A stretch of DNA of 64,000 bases, taken from the NCBI GenBank assembly GCA_016192455.1, contig JACPUC010000017.1, forward strand, positions 62,001-126,000. The letters run 5' to 3'. The DNA is from Candidatus Tectimicrobiota bacterium. Its GTDB lineage: Bacteria; JACPUC01. The translations under genes and the position numbers were made by a program. The first letter of the stretch is position 1. Each line of letters begins with the position of its first letter. The notes beneath the pieces are model-generated. The model made no database searches and was not told the DNA's origin. It was given only the letters and a program-made list of their open reading frames with translations. Positions 18,452 to 28,095 of the stretch are shown here, in pieces.

Positions 18452-19498
18452 TCAGGGCGATTTGTCTCTGGCGCCTACCGACACGGGCGGGTTGGTGGTC
18501 GACCCGCTCGCCGCTGCTTGTCGGGGAGCGGCGGGGGCCGCGAACGCCCGGCCCAGTCTCCCCCTCAGCCAGGCGCCGGCACGCTCAAAAAGCCCCACCA
18601 GACCATACGGCATGCGCAAGATGAAGATGATGAGGAGCACGCCGTACACCACCATGTAGTACGACTTCAGGAATCGCAGCCACTCCGGAAGGAAGGTCAG
18701 GATGAAGGCGCCGAGGAGCGGCCCTCCAAGGGTGCCGAGGCCGCCCACTACGAGCATGACGAGGAGCTGGATGGAGGCTTCGAGGGAGAAGTTATCCGGG
18801 CTGATGTAGGTCGACCAGTGGGCGTAGAGGCTGCCGGCGATGCCGCCGTACACCGCACTGATGACAAACGCCAGCACCTTCATGTTGGCGACGTTGACCC
18901 CCATGGCCTCGGCGGCGATGTTGCCCTCGCGGACCGCCAGGAAGGCGCGCCCGAACTTCGAGTCGCGGATGAGGACGGTGATGCCGGTGAGGATGATGAG
19001 CATCCCCCAGGCGAGGTAGAAGAACATCTCATCCGAAGCGAAGACGAGGGGCCCGAGCCGCGGCGGAGGGATGTCCCGGAGACCTTGCGAACCGTTCGTC
19101 ACCGGTTCCCAGTTGAGGAGCACGAAGTAGACGACCTGGCCGAAGGCCAGGCTTGCCATCGCCAGGTAGTGCCCTTTCAGCTTCAGGGTGGGGTAGCCGA
19201 CCACCCAGGCGACGATGGCCGCGGCGATGGCGCCGCAGAACATCCCCACCAGGAAGGGAACGCCCCAGCCCATGACGAGGAGCGATGAGGCGTAGGCGCC
19301 GACCCCCCAGAAGGCAGCATGGCCCAGGTTCACTTGTCCGGCGTAGCCCATCACGATGTTCAGCCCCAGCACCAGGATCATGTAGATGCCGGCCAGGTTC
19401 GTCAGGTGCAGGGCATAATCGCTGGGCATGAGGAACGGCGCGGCGATGAAGAGGACAAGGCCGACGAGCGTTCCCATGAGGGTGACGCCGATTTTCAC
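18452..19498 (-). CDS. livM: HAAT ABC transporter permease
   Basis: GLNIVMGYAGQVNLGHAAF, LKGHYLAMASLAF, SKFGRAFLAVRE...AEAMGV. Confidence 0.9.
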   Translation of the reverse strand: MKIGVTLMGTLVGLVLFIAAPFLMPSDYALHLTNLAGIYMILVLGLNIVMGYAGQVNLGHAAFWGVGAYASSLLVMGWGVPFLVGMFCGAIAAAIVAWVVGYPTLKLKGHYLAMASLAFGQVVYFVLLNWEPVTNGSQGLRDIPPPRLGPLVFASDEMFFYLAWGMLIILTGITVLIRDSKFGRAFLAVREGNIAAEAMGVNVANMKVLAFVISAVYGGIAGSLYAHWSTYISPDNFSLEASIQLLVMLVVGGLGTLGGPLLGAFILTFLPEWLRFLKSYYMVVYGVLLIIFILRMPYGLVGLFERAGAWLRGRLGRAFAAPAAPRQAAASGSTTNPPVSVGARDKSP

Positions 19499-19548
19499 GG
19501 TGCTGCATCCCTCGGCAGGCGCCTGGAGCTTCTCAGCCGCCAGGAGCG

Positions 19549-20421
19549 TCAGACCTTTTCCTGGATTTTTTCACCAAAGAACCCTTGCGGGCGGACGAAG
19601 AGGACGACGAGCATGATGAGCACCGCAAAGGCATCCTTGTACGCAGAGGAGATGTAGGCGGCGCCGAACACCTCCAGGAGCCCGAGGAAGAGCCCTCCGG
19701 TGATCGCTCCGGCCATGCTCCCGAAGCCGCCGACGATGCTGGCGACGAACGCCTTCACGCCGACGTGGAACCCCATGTTGGTGGAGACGAAGAGGACCGG
19801 CGCCAGGATGAGGCCGGCGATGGCGGCCAGGAAGGAGCTCATGACGAAGGTGATGATCATCATACGCTCGACCTTGATGCCCATCAGCCGCGCCGCTTCC
19901 TGGTCCTGGGCCGTGGCCTGCAGCTTGCGGCCCAGGAAGGTCTTCTCGAAAAAGAGGTACTGCGCCACCAAGAGGGCGACGGTAATGCCGATGATGAAAA
20001 GGTGTTGCGGCAGGATGACGGCATCCCCCACCTCGATCGGCACGTCGCTTACCAGGGTTCCGAAGAAGAACTCTTCGGGTCCCCAGGCCCAGTCCTGGAT
20101 CGCCAAGTTGCGCAGGATGATGCCGACCGCGATGGTGCTGATGATGACGGTGAGGAAGGGCTTGTCGCGCAGCGGGTAGTAAGCGACGCGCTCGAAGACG
20201 TAACCGAACACGAGCATCAGAAGCATCGACAGGAAGTAGGCGAGCCACAGGGGCCAGCCGAGCATGGTGGCGAAGGTGACGCCGAAGAAGGCGCCGAGCA
20301 TCACCATGTCGCCCTGGGCAAAGTTGATCGCGCCGACGGCCACATAGATGAGGAGGAACCCCAGCGCCACCAGCGCGTAAATACTTCCCATGGCCAAGCC
20401 GCTGATCACGAGCTGCAGCAC
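19549..20421 (-). CDS. livH: HAAT ABC transporter permease
   Basis: GLAMGSIYALVALGF, INFAQGD, GRKLQATAQD, KAFVASIVGGFGS, RPQGFFG. GTG start inferred. Confidence 0.9.
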   Translation of the reverse strand: MLQLVISGLAMGSIYALVALGFLLIYVAVGAINFAQGDMVMLGAFFGVTFATMLGWPLWLAYFLSMLLMLVFGYVFERVAYYPLRDKPFLTVIISTIAVGIILRNLAIQDWAWGPEEFFFGTLVSDVPIEVGDAVILPQHLFIIGITVALLVAQYLFFEKTFLGRKLQATAQDQEAARLMGIKVERMMIITFVMSSFLAAIAGLILAPVLFVSTNMGFHVGVKAFVASIVGGFGSMAGAITGGLFLGLLEVFGAAYISSAYKDAFAVLIMLVVLFVRPQGFFGEKIQEKV

Positions 20422-20508
20422 GCCGCTCTCTCCCCAACCGTCCCCCACGCCACGCTGGATGCTCCGGAGCGCTCCCGGCCCCTGGTCCTCCGCGAGCGTG
20501 CGCAAGGC

Positions 20509-20547
20509 TCAGGATGGGGTGCGGCAAGCCGCCGCACCCCATCCTGA
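20509..20547. repeat. Perfect 17-bp inverted repeat between the SBP and permease genes
   Basis: TCAGGATGGGGTGCGGC-AAGCC-GCCGCACCCCATCCTGA, with no U-tract. Confidence 0.85.
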
Positions 20548-20629
20548 CCAACGTTTCTCCAGCCCGGGACCTCGAGGGGGTCGCCTCCTCCCCCAGGGTT
20601 TGCAGGGCAGCCGAGGCGCTCCCTCCGCC

Positions 20630-21772
20630 TTACTGCGGGGTGGCGTCGATCAACTCGATGATCTGCTGCTCCTTGTCCTTCACGCGCACGATGGCGCCGA
20701 AATGCGACAGGTTCCCATCCTTATCAGAGGTGTGGCGGCCGGCGATGCCTTGGAAGTTCTTCGTGGCCAGCAAGGCGTCACGAATGCCGGCGCGGCTGAC
20801 GCCGCCGCGGCTAATCGCGTCAATGACCATGAGCCCGCCATCGTAGCCAATGGCGGCGTACTCGTCCGCCGGCTTGCCCCAGCGCTTCTCGAAGCGCTTC
20901 ACCCAATCCTGCACCTTGGGGTCCTTGCTCTGGCCCGGCACCGCCTTCACGACGATGTAGATATCTTCGACGGCGCCCTTCGCCAGCAGCTTCATGGTGG
21001 GGGGAATGATCGGGTGGGAGATGCGCGGCATCTTCAGGCCAAGCTCATAGGCCTGCTTGAGGATGATGGCGATGCCGCCCTGGTCGCTCGCCACCAGCAA
21101 CACCTCGGCATCGGAGTTCTTGATCTTGCGGAGCTGCGCGGTGACGTCCTTGTCGCCGAGGGTGTGCGACTCGTCAACGACGACCTTGGCGCCGATCTTC
21201 TCCGCCGTCTCGCGGGCGATCTTCGCGGAGCCGGTGCCATACTCGTCATTGCCGTGCATGAGGGCCAGCTTCTTGAAGCCGAGCTTCTCCACCGCAAAGC
21301 GCGCCTGCGCCGTGGATGAGACGGCGTCGGTGGGAATCATGTCGAACATCCACTCGCTCTGCGCCGCCAGCTTGGCATTCGTGCCCGACACGATGGTGGG
21401 GATGCCCGCCTTGGTCACGTAGGACTCGATGGCGTAGGACTGGGTGGAGAGTGGCATGCCGAGAATCACGTCCGGCTCCAGGCTGATGGCCTTCTGGGCC
21501 GCATTCTGGGCGCTTGGGTTGCTGCCGCCGGCGTCAACCACGGTGAACTCGATCTTATACTTGCTGATGCCCCCCTTGGCATTCACTTCCTCGAAGGCGA
21601 GCTGCGCGCCACGTTGGACCGAGAGCCCGAGGGTGGCGAACTTGTCGGTGATCGGCGCCAGGATCACGACCTTCGGCGAGCGGGTCACTTCCGCGGCGCG
21701 CGCCACGGCCGGAACAATGGTGATGAGCAGCGCCAGAACGAGCAACGCAACGAAGAGCGTACGCCGTTTCAT
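20630..21772 (-). CDS. HAAT ABC transporter substrate-binding protein (LivK/LivJ-like)
   Basis: Signal peptide MKRRTLFVALLVLALL..., EEVNAKGGI, NDEYG, DVTAQLRKIK. AGGAG RBS. Confidence 0.88.
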   Translation of the reverse strand: MKRRTLFVALLVLALLITIVPAVARAAEVTRSPKVVILAPITDKFATLGLSVQRGAQLAFEEVNAKGGISKYKIEFTVVDAGGSNPSAQNAAQKAISLEPDVILGMPLSTQSYAIESYVTKAGIPTIVSGTNAKLAAQSEWMFDMIPTDAVSSTAQARFAVEKLGFKKLALMHGNDEYGTGSAKIARETAEKIGAKVVVDESHTLGDKDVTAQLRKIKNSDAEVLLVASDQGGIAIILKQAYELGLKMPRISHPIIPPTMKLLAKGAVEDIYIVVKAVPGQSKDPKVQDWVKRFEKRWGKPADEYAAIGYDGGLMVIDAISRGGVSRAGIRDALLATKNFQGIAGRHTSDKDGNLSHFGAIVRVKDKEQQIIELIDATPQ

Positions 21773-21921
21773 CTCCTGTCTCCTTCTTGACCAAGCGGCA
21801 GGATGCTTCACCTCAACCGGGATGCAGGACGTTTGCTCGGCTTCACCTCCTTCGCAGCAGGTGCGTCCGACGGCGCGGACATGAGAAGTCGACAGCGGTG
21901 TGTTCCCCTGTCGGTACGAGC

Positions 21922-21950
21922 ATTCCACCAAGACCGCGCCTGCTTGTCAA
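21922..21950 (-). promoter_or_regulatory. Candidate sigma70 promoter for the liv-type operon
   Basis: TTGACA-17 nt-TGGAAT on the minus strand. Confidence 0.5.
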
Positions 21951-22069
21951 GGCGCCGCGGCGGCCGCCCAGCTTTGGCGCGCCTCCTGCCCGCCCCGCGC
22001 ATCTACCATGGCGCCCGCCGACCCTCCCTGGGCGCCAGAGCTGTGGGAAGAGCGGCGGATCGCTTCGGG

Positions 22070-23593
22070 CTAGGTCAGGTACGGCGCCACCTTCGCCTTG
22101 ATCTTCTCCATGGCCTCCTTCGGAGGCCGCGCCGGCACCTGGTGCAGCTTCGTGAAGCGCTCGGGCAGCTTGAAGGTGGCGTCGATGCCGAGTTGCTCGC
22201 TCGTCACCGTATTGCCTTGCGGCGTCGCCAGCGCCGAGGGATCGAAGTAGAGCACCTGCCCCTTGTCGTTGAAGATCGTATCGCTCTTCGGCTGCACCCG
22301 AGTATTGAGCGCCCAGATGACCTCGTCGAGGCTGTACGGGTCGATATCCGGGCCGACCACGACGACGTACTTCGCCACCGCTCCATACCGCCCCGGCGAG
22401 CCCCACACCGCATGGATGATCTGGTGCCCGAACCAGGCATACGGCTTCTCATGGGCGTCAACATTGAGCTGCACCACGTAGAACATGCCGCGCCCGCCGA
22501 AGGAGGGGTAGGCAACAACGTCTTGCACCTGCGGGAAACCCGACCGCAGGTAGCTCAGCACCTCGCTCTCGATGGTGATGAGCTGCAGGAAGCCGTGATC
22601 GTAGGGGGGCATGAAGCTGCGGGAGGGATGCCAGATGGGATCGCGCCGGCGGGTGATGCAGTTGATCTTCGTCACCGGCAGCAGTTGGTACTCATTGTAG
22701 TAACCCAGGAAGTTCCCATGCTTGTAGTCGGCAAGCTCTTGATCCGGCAGCACCTCTCCTTCGAGCACCCACTCGGACGTCGCCGGCACGTAGAGGTCCA
22801 CCGTCTCGCAGCGCACGATCTCCGTGGGGCCGCCGCGCAGCGCCCCCACCATGGCGTACTTGTCCCAGGCGTGGCTGCCGCGGGGGCAGCGCGGGCCGCC
22901 GCCGATGATGAAGAGTTGCGGCTCGATGCAGGAGGCGATGGCGATCTCCAGCGGTTTGCCGCGCTTGACGGCGTTGGCGTAGTTCTCCGCCACGTGGATG
23001 CCCGTGGGGGGCTTCCAGAAGATGTAGGAGATGAGGCAGCGGCGGCGCAGCTCCTCGCTGTACGGCGTGCCGTCGTGCTGCAGATCGAGGAACGAGTGCA
23101 ACAGGGCGCTGGCGTTCAAGGTGCCGGTGTCGGGGTCGCGCGTTACGGAGACGTTGTCGGAGATCATCGCCGACCACTCTTCGCCGAACCAGACCTTCGG
23201 CACTTGGGTTTGCAGGTCGATGTCGTCGCCCCGGATGATCACCTCCTTGCAGGGCGCTTTGCCGGGATCCACGATGACCGGCTCGGGCCAGCTCTCCGGC
23301 GGCGTCTTCACCGCCGCGGCCAGCTTCTCCTTGGCCTCGCCCCAGTTCTCCACCTCCAGCGCCAGGCACATGCGCTTGCGGCTGCCGATGTTGCCGATGT
23401 AAACCGGCACGCCAGGGGTGTTGTACCCCTCCAGGTTCGTCAGCTTCACCGCCGGCACGTTGTTGATCGAGAGGTAGCGGCTCAGCGCCATCAACTCGTT
23501 GTCGTTCCGCGTGACGCGAATGGGGACGTCCAAGGTGCGAAGCTCGCCCTGCTCTTCCAGATGCCGAAGAAATGCGCGCTGGTCCTGAAACAT
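22070..23593 (-). CDS. UbiD-family protein #1 (divergent active site)
   Basis: MFQDQRAFLRHLEEQGEL, APCKEVI, VTRDPDTG, CETVDLYVPATSEWVLEGEV, KYVVVVGPDIDPYSLDEVIWALNTRVQP, LGIDAT. Confidence 0.9.
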   Translation of the reverse strand: MFQDQRAFLRHLEEQGELRTLDVPIRVTRNDNELMALSRYLSINNVPAVKLTNLEGYNTPGVPVYIGNIGSRKRMCLALEVENWGEAKEKLAAAVKTPPESWPEPVIVDPGKAPCKEVIIRGDDIDLQTQVPKVWFGEEWSAMISDNVSVTRDPDTGTLNASALLHSFLDLQHDGTPYSEELRRRCLISYIFWKPPTGIHVAENYANAVKRGKPLEIAIASCIEPQLFIIGGGPRCPRGSHAWDKYAMVGALRGGPTEIVRCETVDLYVPATSEWVLEGEVLPDQELADYKHGNFLGYYNEYQLLPVTKINCITRRRDPIWHPSRSFMPPYDHGFLQLITIESEVLSYLRSGFPQVQDVVAYPSFGGRGMFYVVQLNVDAHEKPYAWFGHQIIHAVWGSPGRYGAVAKYVVVVGPDIDPYSLDEVIWALNTRVQPKSDTIFNDKGQVLYFDPSALATPQGNTVTSEQLGIDATFKLPERFTKLHQVPARPPKEAMEKIKAKVAPYLT

Positions 23594-23624
23594 GGTGTCC
23601 CTCCCGGAAAGCCCTGCCTTCCTC

Positions 23625-23652
23625 AATCGTATTGGGAATAGTATTGGAAATG
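23625..23652. promoter_or_regulatory. Putative operator upstream of ubiD #1 (tandem GTATTGG repeats / TATT-GGG-AATA pseudo-palindrome)
   Basis: AT-rich ATCGTATTGGGAATAGTATTGGAAAT about 35-60 nt before the start, in otherwise GC-rich DNA. TTGACA on the minus strand at 23670-23675. Confidence 0.45.
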
Positions 23653-23955
23653 TGCCCTGCGCTGCGTTCTGTCAACGATAAAACCACTTCGTCGCTCCCA
23701 CGATGGCTGCGGCCGGCATCGCCTGAAGCTGGCTGGCGCAAGGGGCGAGATCGCCGCGCCGCCAGCCCCCTGTTTCAGCCTCTTGGGGCGACAGTCTGGG
23801 GCGCCAGTTCGAGGCAGGGCGCAGGGGGCTGGCGCCCGTGGGCGGCAGCAAGCGAGCGCCGAGGCTTTGCGATTCCGCGGATTCGTGGTATACACGGGCT
23901 GACTCGATCTCCCGATCGGGGAGAATGATGCAGTGCTCTGGAGCTGAATGATCCC

Positions 23956-24426
23956 GTGTATCGCGTTCTCTTCGTCTGCACCGCGAATATGTGTCGCAGC
24001 CCCATGGCTGAGGGCATCCTGAAGCACCTCCTCGCTACGGCGTACGCCAGGACAAGCCTGGCGAAGATGGAGGTGAACTCGGCCGGCATGCAGGCAGAGC
24101 CGGAGAACGAGCCCCTGCGCGAGAGCGTCGAAGCCGCTGCGAAGTTCGGGGTGGATATCTCCCAGCATCGCTCGCAGCCGCTCACCAAGGAGCTCCTTGA
24201 TGCCGCCGACTACGTCCTGGTGATGGAAGCGTCACATCTGCGCTCACTGCGCTTTATGAGCCCGACTGCAAGCATGAAGACGGCGCTCCTGAAATCGTTC
24301 ATCGAGAAGAATCCCAAGAAGCAGGACATCAGCGATCCGGTGGGGCGCCCCCTGCGCTACCATGTGGAATGCTTCGAAGAGCTCATGCGGGCCATCCGGG
24401 GTTTCTTGAAGTACATCCACCACTAA
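23956..24426 (+). CDS. Low-molecular-weight protein tyrosine/arginine phosphatase
   Basis: VLFVCTANMCRSPMAE P-loop, SAG, ISQHRSQPL, DISDPVG. Confidence 0.9.
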   Translation: MYRVLFVCTANMCRSPMAEGILKHLLATAYARTSLAKMEVNSAGMQAEPENEPLRESVEAAAKFGVDISQHRSQPLTKELLDAADYVLVMEASHLRSLRFMSPTASMKTALLKSFIEKNPKKQDISDPVGRPLRYHVECFEELMRAIRGFLKYIHH

Positions 24427-24689
24427 GGGCTGCCGTGCCGTGGAACGCTGCCGCGCACGCGCGCCGGCTGGCGCAGCCGTGGCGCGAAGAGCTGCCGAGG
24501 CCGCGCGGTGCGCCCTTCGGGAGAGGGGAAGGAAGCGCTCCGGCCGGGCGGCACAGGGCTCCGCCACACGCTTCCGAGAGGCCGCGCGGCGGGAACAGCG
24601 CAGAGATCCCGATGCAAGGCGACTCGTCCGCAGCCGTGGTCTCGCCTGGGTCTCACCCATTGGGCACGAGGTGAAGGAGAGGGTGGCCC

Positions 24690-26384
24690 ATGAACTCCGA
24701 TCTGGCAATCGCCCAAGCGTGCGAGCTGCGACCCATCCGCGAGATTGCCGAGCGTCTCAACCTTACGGAAGAGGAGATCGATCCCTACGGCAAGTACTTC
24801 GCGAAAATCTCCCTCGACGTCCTCGGTCGCTCTCCCGCCAACCCGGCGAGCAAGTACATCGTCGTCACCTGCATCACGCCAACCCCTTTGGGTGAAGGGA
24901 AAACCGTCAACACCATCGGGCTGGCGCTCGGGCTGAACCAGATCGGCAAGCTCGCCATCGCCACGCTGCGGCAGCCGAGCCTGGGGCCCGTGTTCGGCAT
25001 CAAGGGAGGGGCGGCGGGCGGTGGCTACGCCCAGGTGGTTCCCATGGAGCAGATCAACCTCCACCTCACCGGGGACAACCATGCGGTCGCCGTGGCGCAC
25101 AACCTCCTGGCGGCGTTTCTCGACAACTCCCTCTACCAGCAGAACCCCCTCGGCATCGACCTGCACCGCATCACCTGGAAGCGCGTCGTGGACGTCAGCG
25201 ACCGCGCCCTGCGCAGCATCATCGTTGGGCTGGGCGGCCGCATCGACGGCGTGCCCCGCGAGAGCGGCTTTGACATTGCCGTGGCCTCGGAGGTGATGGC
25301 GATCCTGGCCTTGACATCCGGCCTGAAGGACCTGCGCCAGCGCCTCGGCCGCGTCGTCGTCGCGGAGACGCGGGGGCGCCAGCCGATCACCGCGGAGGAC
25401 CTGCGCTGCGCCGGGGCCATGACCGTCCTCTTGAAAGAGGCCCTGAAACCCAACCTGCTGCAGACGCTCGAGCACACCCCCTGCCTCATGCATGCCGGCC
25501 CATTCGGCAATATCGCCCATGGGAACAACTCGATCCTCGCCGACGAGGTGGCCTTGCGGCTCGGCGACTACGTCGTCACGGAGTCCGGCTTCGGCGCCGA
25601 TCTGGGCTTCGAGAAGTTCGTCAACATCAAGTGCCGCACCAGCGGCCGCAGGCCCGACGCGGCCCTCCTCATCTGCACCGTGCGCGCCCTGAAGATGCAC
25701 AGCGGCCGCTTCCGCATCGTGCCGGGGAAACCTCTCGACCCCGCCCTGACGCGGGAAGACCTCGACAGCCTCGCCGCCGGGGCCGACAACCTCGCGAAGC
25801 AGATCGAGAATGTGCGCCTGATGGGTGTGCCGGTGGTCGTCGCCATCAACCACTTCGCCGGCGACACGCCGCGCGAGATTGACCTCGTGAAACGCCTCGC
25901 CATCGACGGGGGGGCCTTCGACGCCGTCGTCAGCGAGGTGCACGCCCAGGGGGGCCGCGGCGGCATCGCCATGGCGGAGGCCATCGCCAAGGCCGCCGAC
26001 CAGCCGTCGGAGTTCCGCTTCCTCTACCCGGACGACCTGCCGATCAAGGAGAAAGTGCTGCGCATCGCCACCAAGGTGTACGGCGCCGAGACGGTGAAGT
26101 TCCTGCCGGAGGCCGAGGAGCAGATCGCCCACTTCACGGAACTGGGTTACGGCACCCTGCCGATCTGCATGGCCAAGACGCACCTCTCCCTCTCCCATGA
26201 TCCAGCGCTGAAGGGGCGGCCGAAGGGGTTCGCGCTGCCGGTTCGCGAGGTCAGGGCCTCGGTGGGCGCGGGGTTCCTTTACCCCCTCATTGGGGAGATG
26301 CGCACCATGCCCGGCCTTCCCGCGCAGCCCGGCGGCATGCACGTGGACATCGACGCCGAGGGGCGCACGGTGGGGCTCTTCTGA
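24690..26384 (+). CDS. fhs: Formate--tetrahydrofolate ligase
   Basis: ITPTPLGEGKT, GIKGGAAGGGYAQVVPME, HAGPFGNIAHGNNS, VTESGFGADLG, CMAKTHLSLSHD, TMPGLP. Confidence 0.97.
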   Translation: MNSDLAIAQACELRPIREIAERLNLTEEEIDPYGKYFAKISLDVLGRSPANPASKYIVVTCITPTPLGEGKTVNTIGLALGLNQIGKLAIATLRQPSLGPVFGIKGGAAGGGYAQVVPMEQINLHLTGDNHAVAVAHNLLAAFLDNSLYQQNPLGIDLHRITWKRVVDVSDRALRSIIVGLGGRIDGVPRESGFDIAVASEVMAILALTSGLKDLRQRLGRVVVAETRGRQPITAEDLRCAGAMTVLLKEALKPNLLQTLEHTPCLMHAGPFGNIAHGNNSILADEVALRLGDYVVTESGFGADLGFEKFVNIKCRTSGRRPDAALLICTVRALKMHSGRFRIVPGKPLDPALTREDLDSLAAGADNLAKQIENVRLMGVPVVVAINHFAGDTPREIDLVKRLAIDGGAFDAVVSEVHAQGGRGGIAMAEAIAKAADQPSEFRFLYPDDLPIKEKVLRIATKVYGAETVKFLPEAEEQIAHFTELGYGTLPICMAKTHLSLSHDPALKGRPKGFALPVREVRASVGAGFLYPLIGEMRTMPGLPAQPGGMHVDIDAEGRTVGLF

Positions 26385-26526
26385 TCCCTCTTCGCCAGGC
26401 AGCAGGGCGCTCCTGATCGGCGCCGCCTCCCCCGGCCGGTGCCGTCTCCCGGGGGGACGCCGCACTCCTCCGCGCCCCCAGCCGCGTCTCTCCCCTCTCC
26501 ACGGGAGCACCCAGCGAGGCCCGAGC

Positions 26527-27417
26527 ATGGCAGCCACGATCATTGACGGCACGCGCCACGCCCGCACCGTGCGCCAGGAGGTTGCGGCAGAGGCGGCGCG
26601 CCTGCGCGCCGAGCACGGGGTGGTGCCCGGCCTGGCCGTCGTGCTCGTGGGTGACGATCCCGCCTCCAAGGTCTACGTGCGCATGAAGCGCGACGCCTGC
26701 GAGGAGGCGGGGCTGCGCTCCTTCGACCACCACCTGCCGGGGGAGACGACCGAAGCGGAGATCCTAGACCGCATCGCGCACCTCAATCGCGACCCAGCCG
26801 TCCACGGCATCCTTGTGCAGCTCCCCCTGCCGCCGCGGATCAACGAGCCGCGCACGCTCGGCGCCGTGGCAGCGGAGAAGGACGTCGACGGCTTCCATCC
26901 CCTCAACGTCGGGCTGCTGCTCCTCGGCACGCCGCGCTTCGTCCCTTGCACCCCCCTCGGCGTCCAGCACCTGCTCATGCAGAGCGGCTTCGACCCGGCC
27001 GGGCAGCACGTCGTCATCGTTGGGCGCAGCACGGTGGTCGGCAAGCCGCTCATGGCCATCCTCTGCCAGAAAGCCCCCGGCGGCAATGCCACGGTAACCC
27101 TCTGTCATTCCCAAACGCCGGACCTGGCGCGCTTCACCCGCCAGGCCGACATCCTCATCGCCGCCATGGGTTGCCCCCGCTCGATCACGGCGCCGATGGT
27201 GCGCGAGGGGGCGGTGGTCATCGACGTGGGGGTGAGCCGCGTCGCCGACAGCTCCTCCCCGAAGGGGAGCCGCCTCGTCGGGGATGTGGACTTCGACGGC
27301 GTGGCCCAGAAGGCCCGCGCCATCACCCCGGTGCCGGGGGGCGTTGGCCCGATGACGATTGCCATGCTCCTCAAGAACACCTTGTTGGCGGCGAGGTATC
27401 GACATAATCTGCCTTAG
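26527..27417 (+). CDS. folD: Methylene-THF dehydrogenase/cyclohydrolase
   Basis: VGDDPASKVYVRMK, HGILVQLPLP, KDVDGFHP, PCTP, VIDVG, TPVPGGVGPMTIAML. Confidence 0.97.
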   Translation: MAATIIDGTRHARTVRQEVAAEAARLRAEHGVVPGLAVVLVGDDPASKVYVRMKRDACEEAGLRSFDHHLPGETTEAEILDRIAHLNRDPAVHGILVQLPLPPRINEPRTLGAVAAEKDVDGFHPLNVGLLLLGTPRFVPCTPLGVQHLLMQSGFDPAGQHVVIVGRSTVVGKPLMAILCQKAPGGNATVTLCHSQTPDLARFTRQADILIAAMGCPRSITAPMVREGAVVIDVGVSRVADSSSPKGSRLVGDVDFDGVAQKARAITPVPGGVGPMTIAMLLKNTLLAARYRHNLP

Positions 27418-27523
27418 ACGGGCGGACGTTGGACGAAAGCCTGCCGCGTCGCTCCGGCCTCGCCTACCCTTTCCGCTGCTGCTCGGTGGGGCCGCCCCGC
27501 TTCAAGGACCTCGGAGGGGAACC

Positions 27524-27742
27524 ATGACATCCGCCATGTTCGAGCTGCTTCGCCGGTTGACGGATCGAGAGGTCACGCTGGTCATGGACACCGGCCAGGA
27601 AGTGGCAGGACTGATCATCAGCGTTGAGGACGAGATCATCGAAATCCGCTGCCCCGAGCACCAGCATTTCCTCAATCCCGATCACGTCGTGGAGTTCTAC
27701 TACTTTCACGCCAGCGCGGGGAATGGGGCTTCCGCCAACTGA
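27524..27742 (+). CDS. Small (72 aa) Sm/LSm-like beta-barrel protein
   Basis: GGAGG RBS. Helix (FELLRRL) then EVTLVMDTGQEVAGLIISVEDEIIEI...HFLNPDHVVEF, a pattern like Sm1/Sm2. Confidence 0.65.
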   Translation: MTSAMFELLRRLTDREVTLVMDTGQEVAGLIISVEDEIIEIRCPEHQHFLNPDHVVEFYYFHASAGNGASAN

Positions 27743-28095
27743 GGTCGGCCGCGGCCTCTCCCGCCATCCCCGCCGCTCCGGTTGTCATTCGCCCTCACCT
27801 CCGAGGGCAGGCTGCACCGCGGTGTCAAGTTCAGAGCCCGCCTCGCCGTCCGCTGCTCATGGCGCGCCTCGGCGCGTCGTTTCGCACCTCGGGGTCCGAT
27901 CAAGCGCGCGAGTCCCTGGAAGGACTCGCCCTCTTCGAGCCTCGCATCGCGCGCTCCCCTCGACCATCTTCGGGCATGCCTGCGGCGGACGCTGAGCAGG
28001 GGCGTGGCGGAGAAGGGATGCTCTGACCGCCCCCCGGCGAGCGCGCGGCGGCGGCGCCGGGGTCGCGGCACGGCGGGCCCCAAGCGTTCCCCGGC

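Noticed and set aside
24427..24689. Possible ZTP (pfl) or THF riboswitch upstream of fhs (GCCG...CGCCTGGG at about 24632-24650)
   Set aside because: The 5' GACTGGCG/CCAC..GGGAGC elements are not properly present. An Infernal scan would settle it.
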